Source: Eledone cirrhosa
Taxonomy: Eukaryota
Assembly: GCA_964016885.1 (NCBI GenBank)
Contig: OZ024741.1
Location: forward strand, 354,764,001-354,828,000
Direction: 5' to 3'
DNA length: 64,000 nucleotides
The stretch's first letter is position 1. Each line of letters begins with the position of its first letter. Made by a program: the position numbers and the translations under genes. Below are positions 1 through 12,301 of this stretch, piece after piece. The notes below the pieces were generated by a model, which was not told where the DNA came from, made no database searches, and was given only the letters and a program-made list of their open reading frames with translations.

Positions 1-1039
1 TTAGACGGATTGTCCTGTTGTGGGCAGTGTCTAGTCGGCTGACCATGCCTTGCTCCTACAGGAACTGATTTGGCTTGATTTCTACAGCTGGATGCCCTTC
101 CTAACACCAACCTCATTTTCAGTGAGTGCTGGGTGCTTTTTCGTGGTGCCTACAAGTCCACTTTACAGTGTAGGCTGGGTGATTTTTTGCCATGGCACCT
201 CCACAACCACCTTGCAGTGGGAGGGTGTGGGCATATTGTCTATATGCTTCAGCTTGTACCCATGGGAGGTCGGGTACTCTGTATTACTGCGTGACACCAG
301 AGGTCACGGTCATGTGTCATCGCCTTTGAGAGGTGTAATTGGGTAAGGTCGGCTTTTATCACCTCATCCCAGGTCATCTTGGGTCTCCCCACTCCGCGGT
401 TTCCATCGACTTCTAGTGCTCTGCACCTTTTTATGCAGCTGTCATCCTTCATACGCATCACATGTCCATACCAACGCATCTGCCTCTCCTGCACACAGCA
501 TTTGATTCCTCTTATGCTCAGTCTCTCTCTCAATTCATTTATGCTTTGTCGTTCGCGTATATTACTATTACACATCCATCGGAGCATGCAGGCTTCGTTT
601 CTCTCTAATCTACGTAAGTATTCCACCTTAAGCGCCCAGATCTCACTACCATGTAACATTGCTGTTCGGATACACGCATCATACAGTCTGCCTTTCATTT
701 TGAGGGAGAAGCCTTTTGCAGCTAGCAGTGGTAGTAGTTCCCTAAACTTCTTCCATCCCGTTCTTACCCTAGTTATTGTACTTTCAGAACACCCACCTCC
801 GCTGCTAATTCGGTCACCTAGATAGCAGAAGCTGTCTACTGTCTCTACAGAGCCCTCCCAGAGGTTGGTGGTACTTGTTTCCTGTGGCTGTTTGCTGCTT
901 CCTGTCCCAGTACAGCTACTGCATGTGAAGTCTACATTCTTAATTAAGCTTCCTGAGATCCCGCTACATCTCTTGTGTACCCATTGTTTGCATTTGGGGC
1001 AGAGAATGGAGTTCCTACCTACACCTTTCCTACATACTG
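1..1039 (-). mobile_element. RTE-clade LINE 3' fragment (Cys-rich insert, RT C-terminal region and 3'UTR)
   Basis: ORF 249-698(-) MKGRLYDACIRTAMLHGSE..RWYGHVMRM..GRPKMTW is homologous to the larger RTE copies at 35-40 kb. The 5' end is lost in (TA)n. Confidence 0.9.
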
Positions 1040-1180
1040 ATTATATATATATATATACATATATATATATTATATTATATATATATATATATATTATATA
1101 TATATCTATATCTATATATATATTATATTATATATATATATATATTATATATATATATCTATATATATATTATATATTTA

Positions 1181-1214
<34 letters not shown>

Positions 1215-1232
1215 CTATATATATATATATAT
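1040..1232. repeat. (TA)n compound microsatellite
   Basis: Direct reading. Confidence 0.95.
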
Positions 1233-2548
1233 ATATTGTTATACTTGGGGAGGGTCATATTTGTGTAATATTGCCAGAATTAATAACAGAACACACTCAC
1301 TGTTTGGTTGGTTTTCGCTTCTCGCTGTCTTTTATATCTGCGATCTAACTTAATCGGTCCTCAATGTTGCCATTGACTGACCGACGGTTAAAAATAATAC
1401 AGATACAATATAGACACAAACACATATATATAGTTTACATAATTTACATAAATCTTTCGTTGCACATCTGCAACATCGTCAGTGGTGTTATATTTTTTCC
1501 TCCTGTTGTGTTGTATGTCTACGCCATCTTTTATTCAGTCTGTCTATATACTTATTTATTTATTTGCTTGTTTGTTTATTTTATTTTGTCTTCTTTGCGC
1601 ATGCGTTTGCGTGTGTGTACAGTGTTGTGTGTGCTGTGTGACTAGTGTGTATAGTGTTGTGTCTGCTGGGTGACTAGTGTGTGTTTATGTGCTTGTTGTT
1701 ATTGTGCTTGTGTATGTATTTATTTATCTTATTTTATTTTATTTTATTTATTTACTTATTTATACTTCTCTTAGCTAGACAACAACATGACGGTAACATA
1801 GACAACATAGAAATTAGAATAATATCTAAACATAGGAATGACCCAGCAGATAGGCAAATCAGAGAGGCCAGTGAAATAGAAATTAGAAGACCAAAGCTAA
1901 ACAGAAAGAATGAGTGGAACAACAACAACACCCAAACAAACAACACTGACCTAAAAGAAGTATAAATAAGTAAATAAATAAAATAAAATAAAATAAGATA
2001 AATAAATACATACACAAGCACAATAACAACAAGCACATAAACACACACTAGTCACCCAGCAGACACAACACTATACACACTAGTCACACAGCACACACAA
2101 CACTGTACACACACGCAAACGCATGCGCAAAGAAGACAAAATAAAATAAACAAACAAGCAAATAAATAAATAAATATATAGACAGACTGAATAAAAGATG
2201 GCGTAGACATACAACACAACAGGAGGAAAAAATATGACACCACTGACGATGTTGCAGATGTGCAACGAAAGATTTATGTAAATTATGTAAACTATATATA
2301 TGTGTTTGTGTCTATATTGTATCTGTATTATTTTTGACCGTCGGTCAGTCAATGGTAACATTGAGGACCGATTAAGTTAGATCGCAGATATAAAAGACAG
2401 CGAGAAGCGAAAACCAACCAAACAGTGAGTGTGTTCTGTTATTAATTCTGGCAATATTACACAAATATGACCCTCCCCAAGTATAACAATATTTGTTTCG
2501 ACACACGATTTCATATAAAAAACCTCGCTAAACTAATTCATCGCCGCT
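1233..2548 (+). mobile_element. Penelope-like element, 5'-truncated, with inverted pseudo-LTR (arms 1233-1774 and 1951-2492), GIY-YIG C-terminus in the spacer and a 3' tail to ~2548
   Basis: Near-perfect 542-bp inverted arms (coordinate sum 3725). The spacer encodes ..IEIRIISKHRNDPADRQIREASEIEIRRPKLN.., matching the R..REA.EI...P.LN end of PLE GIY-YIG endonucleases. Flanked by (TA)n on both sides. Confidence 0.8.
2241..2278 (+). ncRNA. Degenerate minimal hammerhead-like motif in the PLE pseudo-LTR (mirror copy ~1447-1484 on -)
   Basis: CUGACGA-U-GUUGCA(GAUG)UGCAAC-GAAA-GAUU-UA. Stem I is only ~2 bp. It sits at the same position as the better HHR at 5422-5466 in a sibling element. Confidence 0.5.
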
Positions 2549-2656
2549 ATATATATATATATATATATATATTATATTATATTATATCTATATCTATATA
2601 TATATATATATTATATTATATATATATCTATATATATATATATATATATTATATTA

Positions 2657-3004
2657 TATCATCATCATCATCATCATTTCATTTTACGTCCACTTTTCCC
2701 TGCTTGCAAGGGTGGGACGGGAACTGATGCTGGCTTGATTTCTACAGCTGGATGCCCTTCCTAACACCAACCTCATTTACAGTGAGTGCTGGGTGTTTTT
2801 TTGCCGTGGCACCTCCACGACCACTTTGCAGTGGAATGATAGGGTCCCCAGTCCCTATCATCTCATTTCTACAGCTGAGTAAACTGGAGCAATGTGAAAT
2901 AAAGTGTCTTGCTCAAGGAAACAACACATCACCCGGTCTGAGAATTGAACTCACAACCTTTTGATTGCAAGGCCAATGCTCTAACCACTAAGCCATGTGC
3001 CTCC
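2657..3004 (-). mobile_element. tRNA-head SINE with RTE-derived 3' tail
   Basis: Reverse complement starts GGAGGCACATGGCTTAGTGGTTAGA..GAGTTCAATTC (A/B boxes), has core ccttgagcaagacacttt, and ends with the RTE 3'UTR (ggtgttaggaagggcatccagctgtagaaa..(TGA)n). Other copies at 8433-8697 and 21108-21471. Confidence 0.8.
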
Positions 3005-3007
3005 ATA

Positions 3008-3059
<52 letters not shown>

Positions 3060-3078
3060 TATATATATATATATATAT

Positions 3079-3112
<34 letters not shown>

Positions 3113-3136
3113 ATATATATATATTATATTATATAT

Positions 3137-3170
<34 letters not shown>

Positions 3171-3345
3171 ATATATATATATTATATTATATATATATCT
3201 ATATATATATTATATTATATATATATCTATATATATATATATATTATATTATATATATATCTATATATATATATATTATATTATATATATATCTATATAT
3301 ATATATATATCTATATATATATATATATATTATATTATATATATA

Positions 3346-3391
<46 letters not shown>

Positions 3392-3668
3392 TATATATAT
3401 ATCTATATATATATATTATATTATATATATATCTATATATATATATTATATTATATATATATCTATATATATATATTATATTATATATAATCTATATATT
3501 ATATTATATATATATATATATATTATATTATATATATATTATATTATATATATATTATATTATATATATATTATATTATATATTATATATATATTATATT
3601 ATATATATATATATATTATATTATATATATATATATTATATATATATATATATTATATTATATATATA

Positions 3669-3711
<43 letters not shown>

Positions 3712-3913
3712 CTATATATATATTATATATCTATATATATATATATATATTATATTATATATATATTATATATATATCTATATATATATATATATATATT
3801 ATATTATATATATATTATATATATATATATATATTATATTATATATATATTATATATATATCTATATATATATATATATATATATTATATTATATATATA
3901 TTATATATATATC

Positions 3914-3945
<32 letters not shown>

Positions 3946-3982
3946 TATATATATATATTATATATATATATATATTATATTA
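3005..3982. repeat. ~1-kb compound (TA)n/(TATTA)/(TCTA) microsatellite
   Basis: Direct reading; source of the spurious I/Y ORFs. Confidence 0.95.
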
Positions 3983-4033
3983 TAAAATAAAGTTAAATAA
4001 AAGTCAAATGATTAAAATTTAGCTTCGTTTATT

Positions 4034-4088
4034 ACTGCTATATATATTTCAGTGACAGCCATCTTTGGCTGTGACCTCTTCAGGCAGT
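4034..4088 (-). ncRNA. Type I minimal hammerhead ribozyme (identical inverted copy)
   Basis: Exact reverse complement of 4319-4373. Confidence 0.85.
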
Positions 4089-4318
4089 TTGAATTAGTAT
4101 GGTATAGACAAGTACATATGTTGTTTAGGTGTATGATATTGTCAATACTCTGATATGCCCAGTTCCTTGTTGGGTTGTTAATTCACTGGGGAACTGGAGT
4201 CATATGACTCCAGTTCCCCAGTGAATTAACAACCCAACAAGGAACTGGGCATATCAGAGTATTGACAATATCATACACCTAAACAACATATGTACTTGTC
4301 TATACCATACTAATTCAA

Positions 4319-4373
4319 ACTGCCTGAAGAGGTCACAGCCAAAGATGGCTGTCACTGAAATATATATAGCAGT
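4319..4373 (+). ncRNA. Type I minimal hammerhead ribozyme
   Basis: Stem I ACUGC/GCAGU; core CUGAAGA; stem II GGUCACAGCCA(AAGA)UGGCUGUCACU; GAAA; palindromic stem III A-UAUAUA-U. Predicted cleavage after AUA (4368). Confidence 0.85.
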
Positions 4374-4580
4374 AATAAACGAAGCTAAATTTTAATCATT
4401 TGACTTTTATTTAACTTTATTTTACACTACTCCGGAGTAACCAAACCAACCTGCGCACTTCGTCGAGTGCTCCAGCCTGCATACTGAGGTGTTGGTATAC
4501 AACCAACATAAACTCAAAATCTATATTATATTATATATATATTATATATATATCTATATATATATATATATTATATTATA

Positions 4581-4637
<57 letters not shown>

Positions 4638-4784
4638 TATATATATATTATATTATATATATATTATATTATATATATATTATATATATATATATATATA
4701 TTATTGTTATACTTTGGGAGGGTCATGTTGCCAATAAGAAACACACGCACCAGTTGCTTTCACTTCAATTTATTATCATCATCA

Positions 4785-5330
4785 TCATCATCATCATCAT
4801 CAGGTTTAGCGTCCGTGTCCCACGCTTGCATGGGTTTGGACGGGGGTTTTCCCACTTGAGGCAAGAGTGGTTGTCTTGCTCGCATAGGACTGTCTGGCGG
4901 GTTTTCTACAGTTGGATGCCCTTCCTAACACCAACCACATTTACAGTGTGGGGCTGGGAGGTTTTTACCGTGTTGCTTACACGGCCACATTTACAGCGTG
5001 GACTGTGTTTTTTTGTCGTGACACCTACACGATCTCATTTGTTTCGGCCTGGATGTTGTGGGACCAACATAACTTTACATTGAAAGGGGCGGTGTGGATG
5101 GGGTGGAGGTGGTGGGACGGGGGGGGGGGGGGTTGTTGATAGAGATGCCTACTGACTGTAGTAGGTGTTTACTTTGTATTTAGGTAAGGCGGGTCTTCTC
5201 TATTACTGAGTACCGCCAAAGGTCTCGGTCCAGTGACATTGTCTTGGAGAGGTGTAAGCGTGTGAGGTCGGAATTTATCAGCTCGTCCCATGTTTTTCTG
5301 GGTCTGCCTACTCCGTGGCTACCGTCTATC
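4785..5330 (-). mobile_element. RTE 3'-end fragment (~545 bp) with (ATC)n tail
   Basis: Highly similar to 34881-35400 and 60871-61385. Confidence 0.9.
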
Positions 5331-5421
5331 TATATTTATAAATTTATAAATTTACAAATTTACAAACTTATAAATTTCTGGTTGGTTGGTTGGTTCCACA
5401 ACCAGATAGTTGTTTATATAT

Positions 5422-5466
5422 AGTCATAGTCCTTTCGTCACACACTCTGTGACCTCTTCAGTGACT
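5422..5466 (-). ncRNA. Type I minimal hammerhead ribozyme
   Basis: Reverse complement reads AGUCA-CUGAAGA-G-GUCACA(GAGUG)UGUGAC-GAAA-GGAC-UA-UGACU. Perfect 5-bp stem I, 6-bp stem II, one extra nucleotide after A9, near-palindromic stem III. Confidence 0.8.
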
Positions 5467-6434
5467 GGGGATTCCTTTCCTTTGTTTCTGTGCCTTTCCT
5501 TTCTTCTATCCTACGCCATTTTGTTTCTGTGTGTGTGTTGTGTGCTCAGTTTGCGCATGCGCCACATCCGGGTGTCTGTGTGTGTTTGTGTTCATTTATC
5601 TATTTGTTTATTTATTTATTTATTTATTGTTGGTTGGTTGTTTGTTCTATGTGTGTGTGTGTTTTCATTTTGTCCTGTGTGTGTTTTCATTTTGTCCTTA
5701 ATTGTAAGTTGTGATGTTGCTGTTCCACTCATATGAGCTTATGCTGAGAGATAAAAAGGGATAAAGTAGATAAGATTTTGGACTACAAACTCAGAAATCC
5801 TGAGTTCAAATCCAGTTTGTTTATCTTATTTGTTTATTTTTTTGTTTAAGCAAAACATAATCCTATACATATAAGCTTACACAATTTCCAATATTTATAC
5901 TATCAGATCTTCTGGAAATGTTACTTGCATGACATAAAAATTAATCTTTCAGCCCCACAAACAAAAAAATAATAACAGAGCCCTTATGAGCTCCTTGGTA
6001 TTTTGGCAGAGATTTATAGTCTAGTTTGTTTAGAAAACAATGGTTTCTAAGAGACCATACTAGGTTAAGAGGTAACACATGGCCTGAAAACTTAAAAGTC
6101 ATCAATAACAGCTTGAAAGAGATAAGACTAATCTATGGAAACCATGCTGGCACAAGAAAAACAATAAGAAAACAAATGATAAGGATGGCAAACAAACACC
6201 ATTAACCCTTTCATTAACATAGTTCTAATAAAATACACTTATTTTGAATTATTTATGGAAGAATTTGATCCCAGTGTATGACACCTTGAGCAAGTCTTTT
6301 CTACTAAAACATTGGGGAGGAAGGGGGTAAAAATAGCCTTGAGGGGGAAATTTGCTGATGGTGTTGATAAAAGAACTAAAAGAAAGTTAAAGCTAGGAAA
6401 TCATTTAAGGCAGAAAAGTTAACATACTTATTTT

Positions 6435-8350
6435 GCCACACTCGCCCTCGGCCTCCCCAGCTCTGGCGCTGACCGAGGCCTTTGTCAAGGCCAATGTTTC
6501 GTCCTTTGGGCAAGCGCCAATTCCAAGCGTGCCTAGGGACGCCACACACCCCACCCTCGAGTACCCCCAATCCTCCACCAATGAGGCCAGCGCCAAGCAT
6601 TTGCGTGACCGCGTAAATGCCAAATTAATCATGGGTGATGTCTCGGCTGCAGTCCTCCAACCCACTGCGACTCAAGCACCCTGAGCCACCCGCTGACCTC
6701 AGACCCATACCTCCACCCGATCCCCACTTGTTCCTTGTGGCTTCCGACGCAGACATCATGTCCGCCATCAAGTCCTTCCCAGCTAGCAGCAGCGGAGGTG
6801 CTGATGGTCTCCGACCAGGCCACCTCAAGGAGTTGCTATCCCCCCTCTCCGCTGAAGCTGGGCGCTGCCTTCTGAGTGTAATTGTGGCACTCACCAATAG
6901 GCTTATCCATGATGCCCTGGACCATCACGCCCGAGGCCTCTTTTTTTCAGCTATCCTCACCGCTCTCAGGAAGAAAGAGGGTGGCATACGCCCCATCGCT
7001 GTGGGCAATGTCTTCTGGAGGCTGGCTGCTAAGGTGGTCTGCAGGTCCATAACACCCAAACTGGGTGTCAGCGTGTCCGGTGGCTGTGAGGAGGCCGCAC
7101 ATGCAACCAGGCAGTTCTTCAACAGCTGCCCACCGGAACCGGCATCCAGGGACTCCAGGCACCTCATTGTCAAGTGAGCAATGCTTTTAACTGCTTACGC
7201 CAGGACCATCTGCTCGATGCCTACCTCAGCCGAGCCCCCTCTGCTACCCGCTGGCCTACCTGTCGTATGGAGCCCCGAGCATGCTCTTTGCTGCTGATAT
7301 GGTCATACCTTCGGCCACTGGGGTCAAACAGGGCGACCCTTTGGGCCCCTTCCTGTTTGCCCTTGGTATAGACCACATCCCCCAGAGTATCACGGCCCCT
7401 CTCAACGTTTGGTATCTGGATGATGCTAATGTTGGGCAGGCCCGTACAGACTGTCTGCCATGACCTACAATCGATGGTTACTGCTCTGGAGGAAATTGGC
7501 TTCCTGGTCAACTCGGCTAAGTTGGAGGTGGTGAATGTCAGCCACGATGCTGAGAGCTTTGCAGCCTCCACCTCAGACGTGCGGTTCATTCTCCACCAGG
7601 TACAGGTGACCCCCAAAGAGGATGTCCTCATCCTCGGGTCACCGATCCACCTGCCGGCCATCCGTTCCAAGGCTTCAAAAACTCCGGACCCTCACGAGCC
7701 GACTGGGCTTGATTGACGGCCAGCCAGCTCTCTTTCTGTTGAGGAACTGCTTTGTCATGGCGAAGCTCCTCTATACACTTCACAGCACTCCGTGCTACAC
7801 CCACGCATCTCTCCTCGCTGACCTCGATACTTGTATCCGAACAGCAGCCAAGGAGATATGCAACTTCAGGTTTGACGACATTGGATGGCAACAGGCCACT
7901 TTACCTGTCAGGTATGACGGCCTTGGCCTCCAGTCTCACTGGCTTTGCCGGCGTTTCTTTCATCGGAAACCTCATGCCACATCCTCATCAGCAGGGTTCT
8001 CCAAAACACAATAGAACCCTCTGTGTTCAGGGAACGTGAGGCCGCCTGTGAGACGTGAGACCGACTGGGACTCAGCCCAGTAGACGTCCCTCCTCCTTCT
8101 CCCCCTGCTGACGTCAAGTCCCCCCCCAAAGCATTTGGGATGCCATCCAGTGCAGCCTGGCTTCAGACAGGCTCACGCGCCAGCTCAACCAGCACCGCCT
8201 TGCCTGTTTTTTGTGCGACCTCTGAACCCCACAGTGATGCCTGGCTCCATTCCCTGCCTTCCTTCTCCACTGGCACGCAACTAGATAACAATAGCCTGCG
8301 CATCAGCGTTTCCTTGAAGCTCGGCCTCCGGATCTGCGAGCCACACCAAT
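6435..8350 (+). mobile_element. CRE-clade non-LTR retrotransposon RT region, frameshifted and truncated
   Basis: GC-rich island. Motifs SSGGADGLRPGHLKEL, ALRKKEGGIRPIAVGNVFWRLAAKV, LGVSVSGGCEEAAHA, GVKQGDPLGPFLFAL, WYLDD and QATLPVRYDGLGL occur across frames. Ends in (TA)n. Confidence 0.8.
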
Positions 8351-8432
8351 ATATATATATATAATATATATATATATAATATATATATATATAGATATAA
8401 TATATAGATATATAATATATATATAATATATA

Positions 8433-8697
8433 TGTGATGTGTTGTTTCTTTGAGCAAGACACTTTATATCACATTGCTCCAGTTTACTCAGCTATAGAAA
8501 TGAGATGATAGGGATTGGGGTCCATATCATTCCACTGCAAAGTGGTCGTGGAGGTGCCACAGCAAAAAAGCACCCAGCACTCACAGTAAATGAGGTTGGT
8601 GTTAGGAAGGGCATCCAACTGTAGAAATCAAGCCAGAATCAGTTCCCGTCCCACCCTTGCAAGCAGGGAAAAAGCGGACGTAAAATGAAATGATGAT
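8433..8697 (+). mobile_element. SINE (5'-truncated) with RTE-derived tail
   Basis: Reverse-complement match to 2657-2935. Confidence 0.8.
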
Positions 8698-8707
8698 ATA
8701 TATATAA

Positions 8708-9341
8708 TCTATATATATAAAACTGTGGTTGTCTGTCTGTCTATCGATTTTTGGCACACATCTCCTCTTAGAATCTCTCACGGAATTGCACCGAAATTGC
8801 TATACTTGTACATTGAGCCCTAGCGAAGACATCGAAAAAAAAAATTTCAAATTGACCCACCCTATGTGACGAAATCGAATCTAATGTATCGATTTTTGAG
8901 CGTAAGTGACGAGTTATTTCCCTTTGTTCTGTTTACATTTTCTGCGTGCAAAAATTAAAAAAATTACGCTGGCTTTCTCAGCGTTTAAAATGACATTAAC
9001 ACAATACACGAACAGTTGTCGAGCCAGCAAAATTTTGACCTGCAAAATTCATCAGTTCGAACACTAAGCTTCCGTTTTGCTTCATTTCCATTTAAAAGCT
9101 TTTTAAAACAATATTTTTACTTGAAAACAAGTCTATTTAAAGACTACGTAAAACAAGCAAATATTTCGTAAAAAAAAGCAAAAATTATATAAGTTTATTT
9201 AAAATATATGTATCTGTAAATTTTGTTAGGCGTGCAGACAGACAGTCGTGCAGACAGACTTTAAGCCAAAAAAGAAACTTAACATTGTAACTTTAACACA
9301 GCTACTGAGCGACCCCGAGCAACGCCGGGCTTTACTGCTAG
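8708..9341 (+). mobile_element. Non-autonomous Helitron
   Basis: A|TCTATATATATAAAA 5' end, (GTCT)n subterminal repeats, 3' hairpin CCCGAGCAACGCCGGG followed by CTAG|T. No target-site duplication (TSD). Confidence 0.8.
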
Positions 9342-11519
9342 TATATATATAGATATATAATATATATAGAGATATATAATATATTTATATATATATATAA
9401 TATATTTATATATATATATATATAATATATATATAGATATATAATATATATATAGATATATATATATATAATATATATATAGATATATAATATATATATA
9501 AATATATAATATATATATAATATATATATAAATATATAATATATATATAGATATATAATAGAATTAGCAAATTTGTATTCCAATGTTACTAAGTAGTTGC
9601 ATTGGATGGGGTCAACCGACGTCAGAGATTGCTCAACGTATAATAAAGTGTGTTTTAAAATCCGGAGAAAATATGAAGAAGAAGTTTACGAAATGGAAAT
9701 GCGGGTATACAGAATTTATTAGGTAACAATTGTTTCAATAGTGTATGGGTTACCTATACCTCGCTATTTGAATAATATAAAAATATTATCATATAATCAG
9801 GCTCCTGTATAGCACTTGGGTGGGTAACATCATGTGACTGTACAGAGCTGCTTGACAAAGCCTTTTGCTGGATGGTCAACCCATGTATATCCATGTCATA
9901 GTATCCATAGAAATATGTCACTAATGAATTCTTGCTTTGCCTAGGACACATTTTTGTTTGAAAAGGAAATCTCTTGTCTAGATTATGAAGAGGTAATCTG
10001 TCTTTTAAATTTTATTTTCATAAATAAATGATTATATCATAGACCTCTTTTTTTAATGTTATTTTAAAACATTTTATTTAAATGTTATTTTAAAGAATAA
10101 TTTTAAGTTACCGTATATGCATGTGTAAAAGTTAAATTTTTTAGACCATTTTTTTTAGATTAAATTTACAGGGTTGCCTATTACATGGATACTACTTGTG
10201 AGGGGCTTGAAATTCAAGCTAGTATCCAAGGTACTGTATCAATAGCAGACGTCCAATTGATCTCTAAATGAATGAAAACAAAAACACAATGAATTAAAGT
10301 AATATTAGCAATTATATGCATCAAAACACACATCCTAATAAATAAAATACATAAACAAGGCCATGTAGCTCTTGTAAATATTTACACTTGCTCTTTTACT
10401 TGTATCCATCAAACTTAACAGACTATTTACATCTCATAATTTATAACAAATTATATCTCATAATTACTACATATTACCATAGGTAATATATCTAATGGTA
10501 TGCCAATACTGTGCACATGGCCGATACCTGTTCGGCATGTTTCACATCACAACTCTCCAATCACATTATTTTCATAATACTTGAAATTCAAGTAAAGTAG
10601 GCACACGTTTGGGTAAATCTTTAGTTTCAGGCATGTATTTTCAATAATATAAATTTGCCTTAAATTCATGATGATTTTGTAACAGTGTTATTTCTATGTA
10701 CAGGATGATACCTTGACCCACAAATGTTGACTTGTTATCTGTGAAATACTAGATTCGACTTTTATATGAAGTCTATGGAAAATTTTAGAATTTTTGGTAA
10801 AAAATAAGGGGTCGACTTTTACATGAGACCAACTATTTCGCTGTATATATGGTATATATTTTTTCTACGATGGTGTAGTTACAAAATTGGTAGAGTAACA
10901 TAAAAATGCCAAATAGTATTTAATTAACGGTCTGAGTTCAAATCTTTCAAAAGTTGTTTTTTTCTCTTTCATTCTTACAATAAGAACAAGTCAAATACTG
11001 GAGGGCTTATATATTTCACTGTTTTTTCCCAAAAATTTATGGTGTGTGCTTGTGATAGAAATCAATATTCTGAGTTTCAATTTACCCCATTTGATAACAA
11101 ACTGCCTGATAACAAACTGGTTCGGTGAAAGAAAACTGCTTATTTTAAAGTTTATCTAAAATACCTTTCATATAATTTTGCATAAGAACCTTTGTTAAGA
11201 TATTTTCCCAAAATCAGCTTAATAACAAGAAAGTTAGCTATATTGCTAAATCCCTCTGAATTCTTGAGGGAAAGTCAGTTAAATTAATTTCAGGATTTGA
11301 CTTGTATTTTATTTTATTGATGCCAGAGGGATGAGAAATCTAAAGAGGCATAACAACAATAGTAATAATAAATGACGAGTGTAGATGTTGTGAATGGGAA
11401 AACAATGTGCAGTAGAACATGTATGTTTTGAATGATGCGGTATGTATATGTATGTATATATGTGAATGTTGATTGAGTCTGTATGCATGCTTGTTTGTGT
11501 TCGTGTTAAGTGAGTTTGT

Positions 11520-11960
11520 AGCTTGGAAATTACGTTAAGGAGTACATGTGTCTATGGAATACTCAATCACTTAAACTACCATATAAGATAGATTGTAACT
11601 GTAATTCAAAGATCCAGCTTTGTTACATATTTTGTCATTGGAGCATACTGATTCTGCTTGGGAATTACATAAGAGAGTACATGTGTCTATGGAATACTCA
11701 ACCACTTAAACTACTATATAAGATGGATACAAAGGTCCGGCTTTGTCACATATTGTGTCATTGATTTGGCTTGGAAATAATTGTTATGGGGTACATGTGT
11801 CTGGAATACTCAACCATGTAAACTATATACAATACAAGAAGGATTGTACCTGTAACTCAAAGGTCCAGCTTTGTCATATATTGTGCCAAACTGGTTTCAC
11901 TTGGGAATTACATTAAAGGGCATATGTGTGTGTGGAATACTCAGCCGCTTGCTTACATGA
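11520..11960 (+). repeat. Degenerate tandem repeat, ~110-135 bp x4
   Basis: cttgg.aattac..taaggagtacatgtgtctatggaatactcaa recurs at ~11522, 11658, 11769 and 11901. Confidence 0.8.
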
Positions 11961-12248
11961 ATGATCGAATGACTGAATCTCCATCATCAAAACTGACAGT
12001 GGATTCATCCCTTGGTGTACTAAATTAATAATAATATGATTTATACCCTGAAACCATATTCATGGGCATGGGTGTTTGGTTCATAACCACCTGGTTTTGA
12101 ATTCAGTCCCATTGTGTGGCACTCTTCTATTTAGTATAGCCACAAGTTAACTAATGCCTTGAGTGCAATTTGGTAGATGGAAATTGTGTAGAAGACCATT
12201 GTTTTAAAATTACTCCTGAGTAAACAGACCCAACTAACACACATTCAA

Positions 12249-12296
<48 letters not shown>

Positions 12297-12301
<5 letters not shown>

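Larger units (their letters stand above)
3983..4520 (+). mobile_element. Non-autonomous fold-back PLE-like element: perfect 442-bp palindrome (3983-4424) plus ~95-nt tail
   Basis: 221-bp arms with no spacer, centred on CAT|ATG (4201-4206). An HHR lies in each arm, and a unique tail runs 4425-4520. Embedded in (TA)n. Confidence 0.8.
4703..5720 (-). mobile_element. PLE pseudo-LTR sibling of the 1233-2492 family, interrupted by an RTE fragment at ~4785-5330
   Basis: Begins with the same terminus ttgttatactt.gggagggtcat. Has the same tttgcgcatgcg and GT-rich blocks, and carries an HHR at the homologous position. Confidence 0.7.

Noticed and set aside
2945-4022. Long I/Y-rich ORFs (181-341 aa)
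   Set aside because: Translations of (TA)n microsatellite; not genes.
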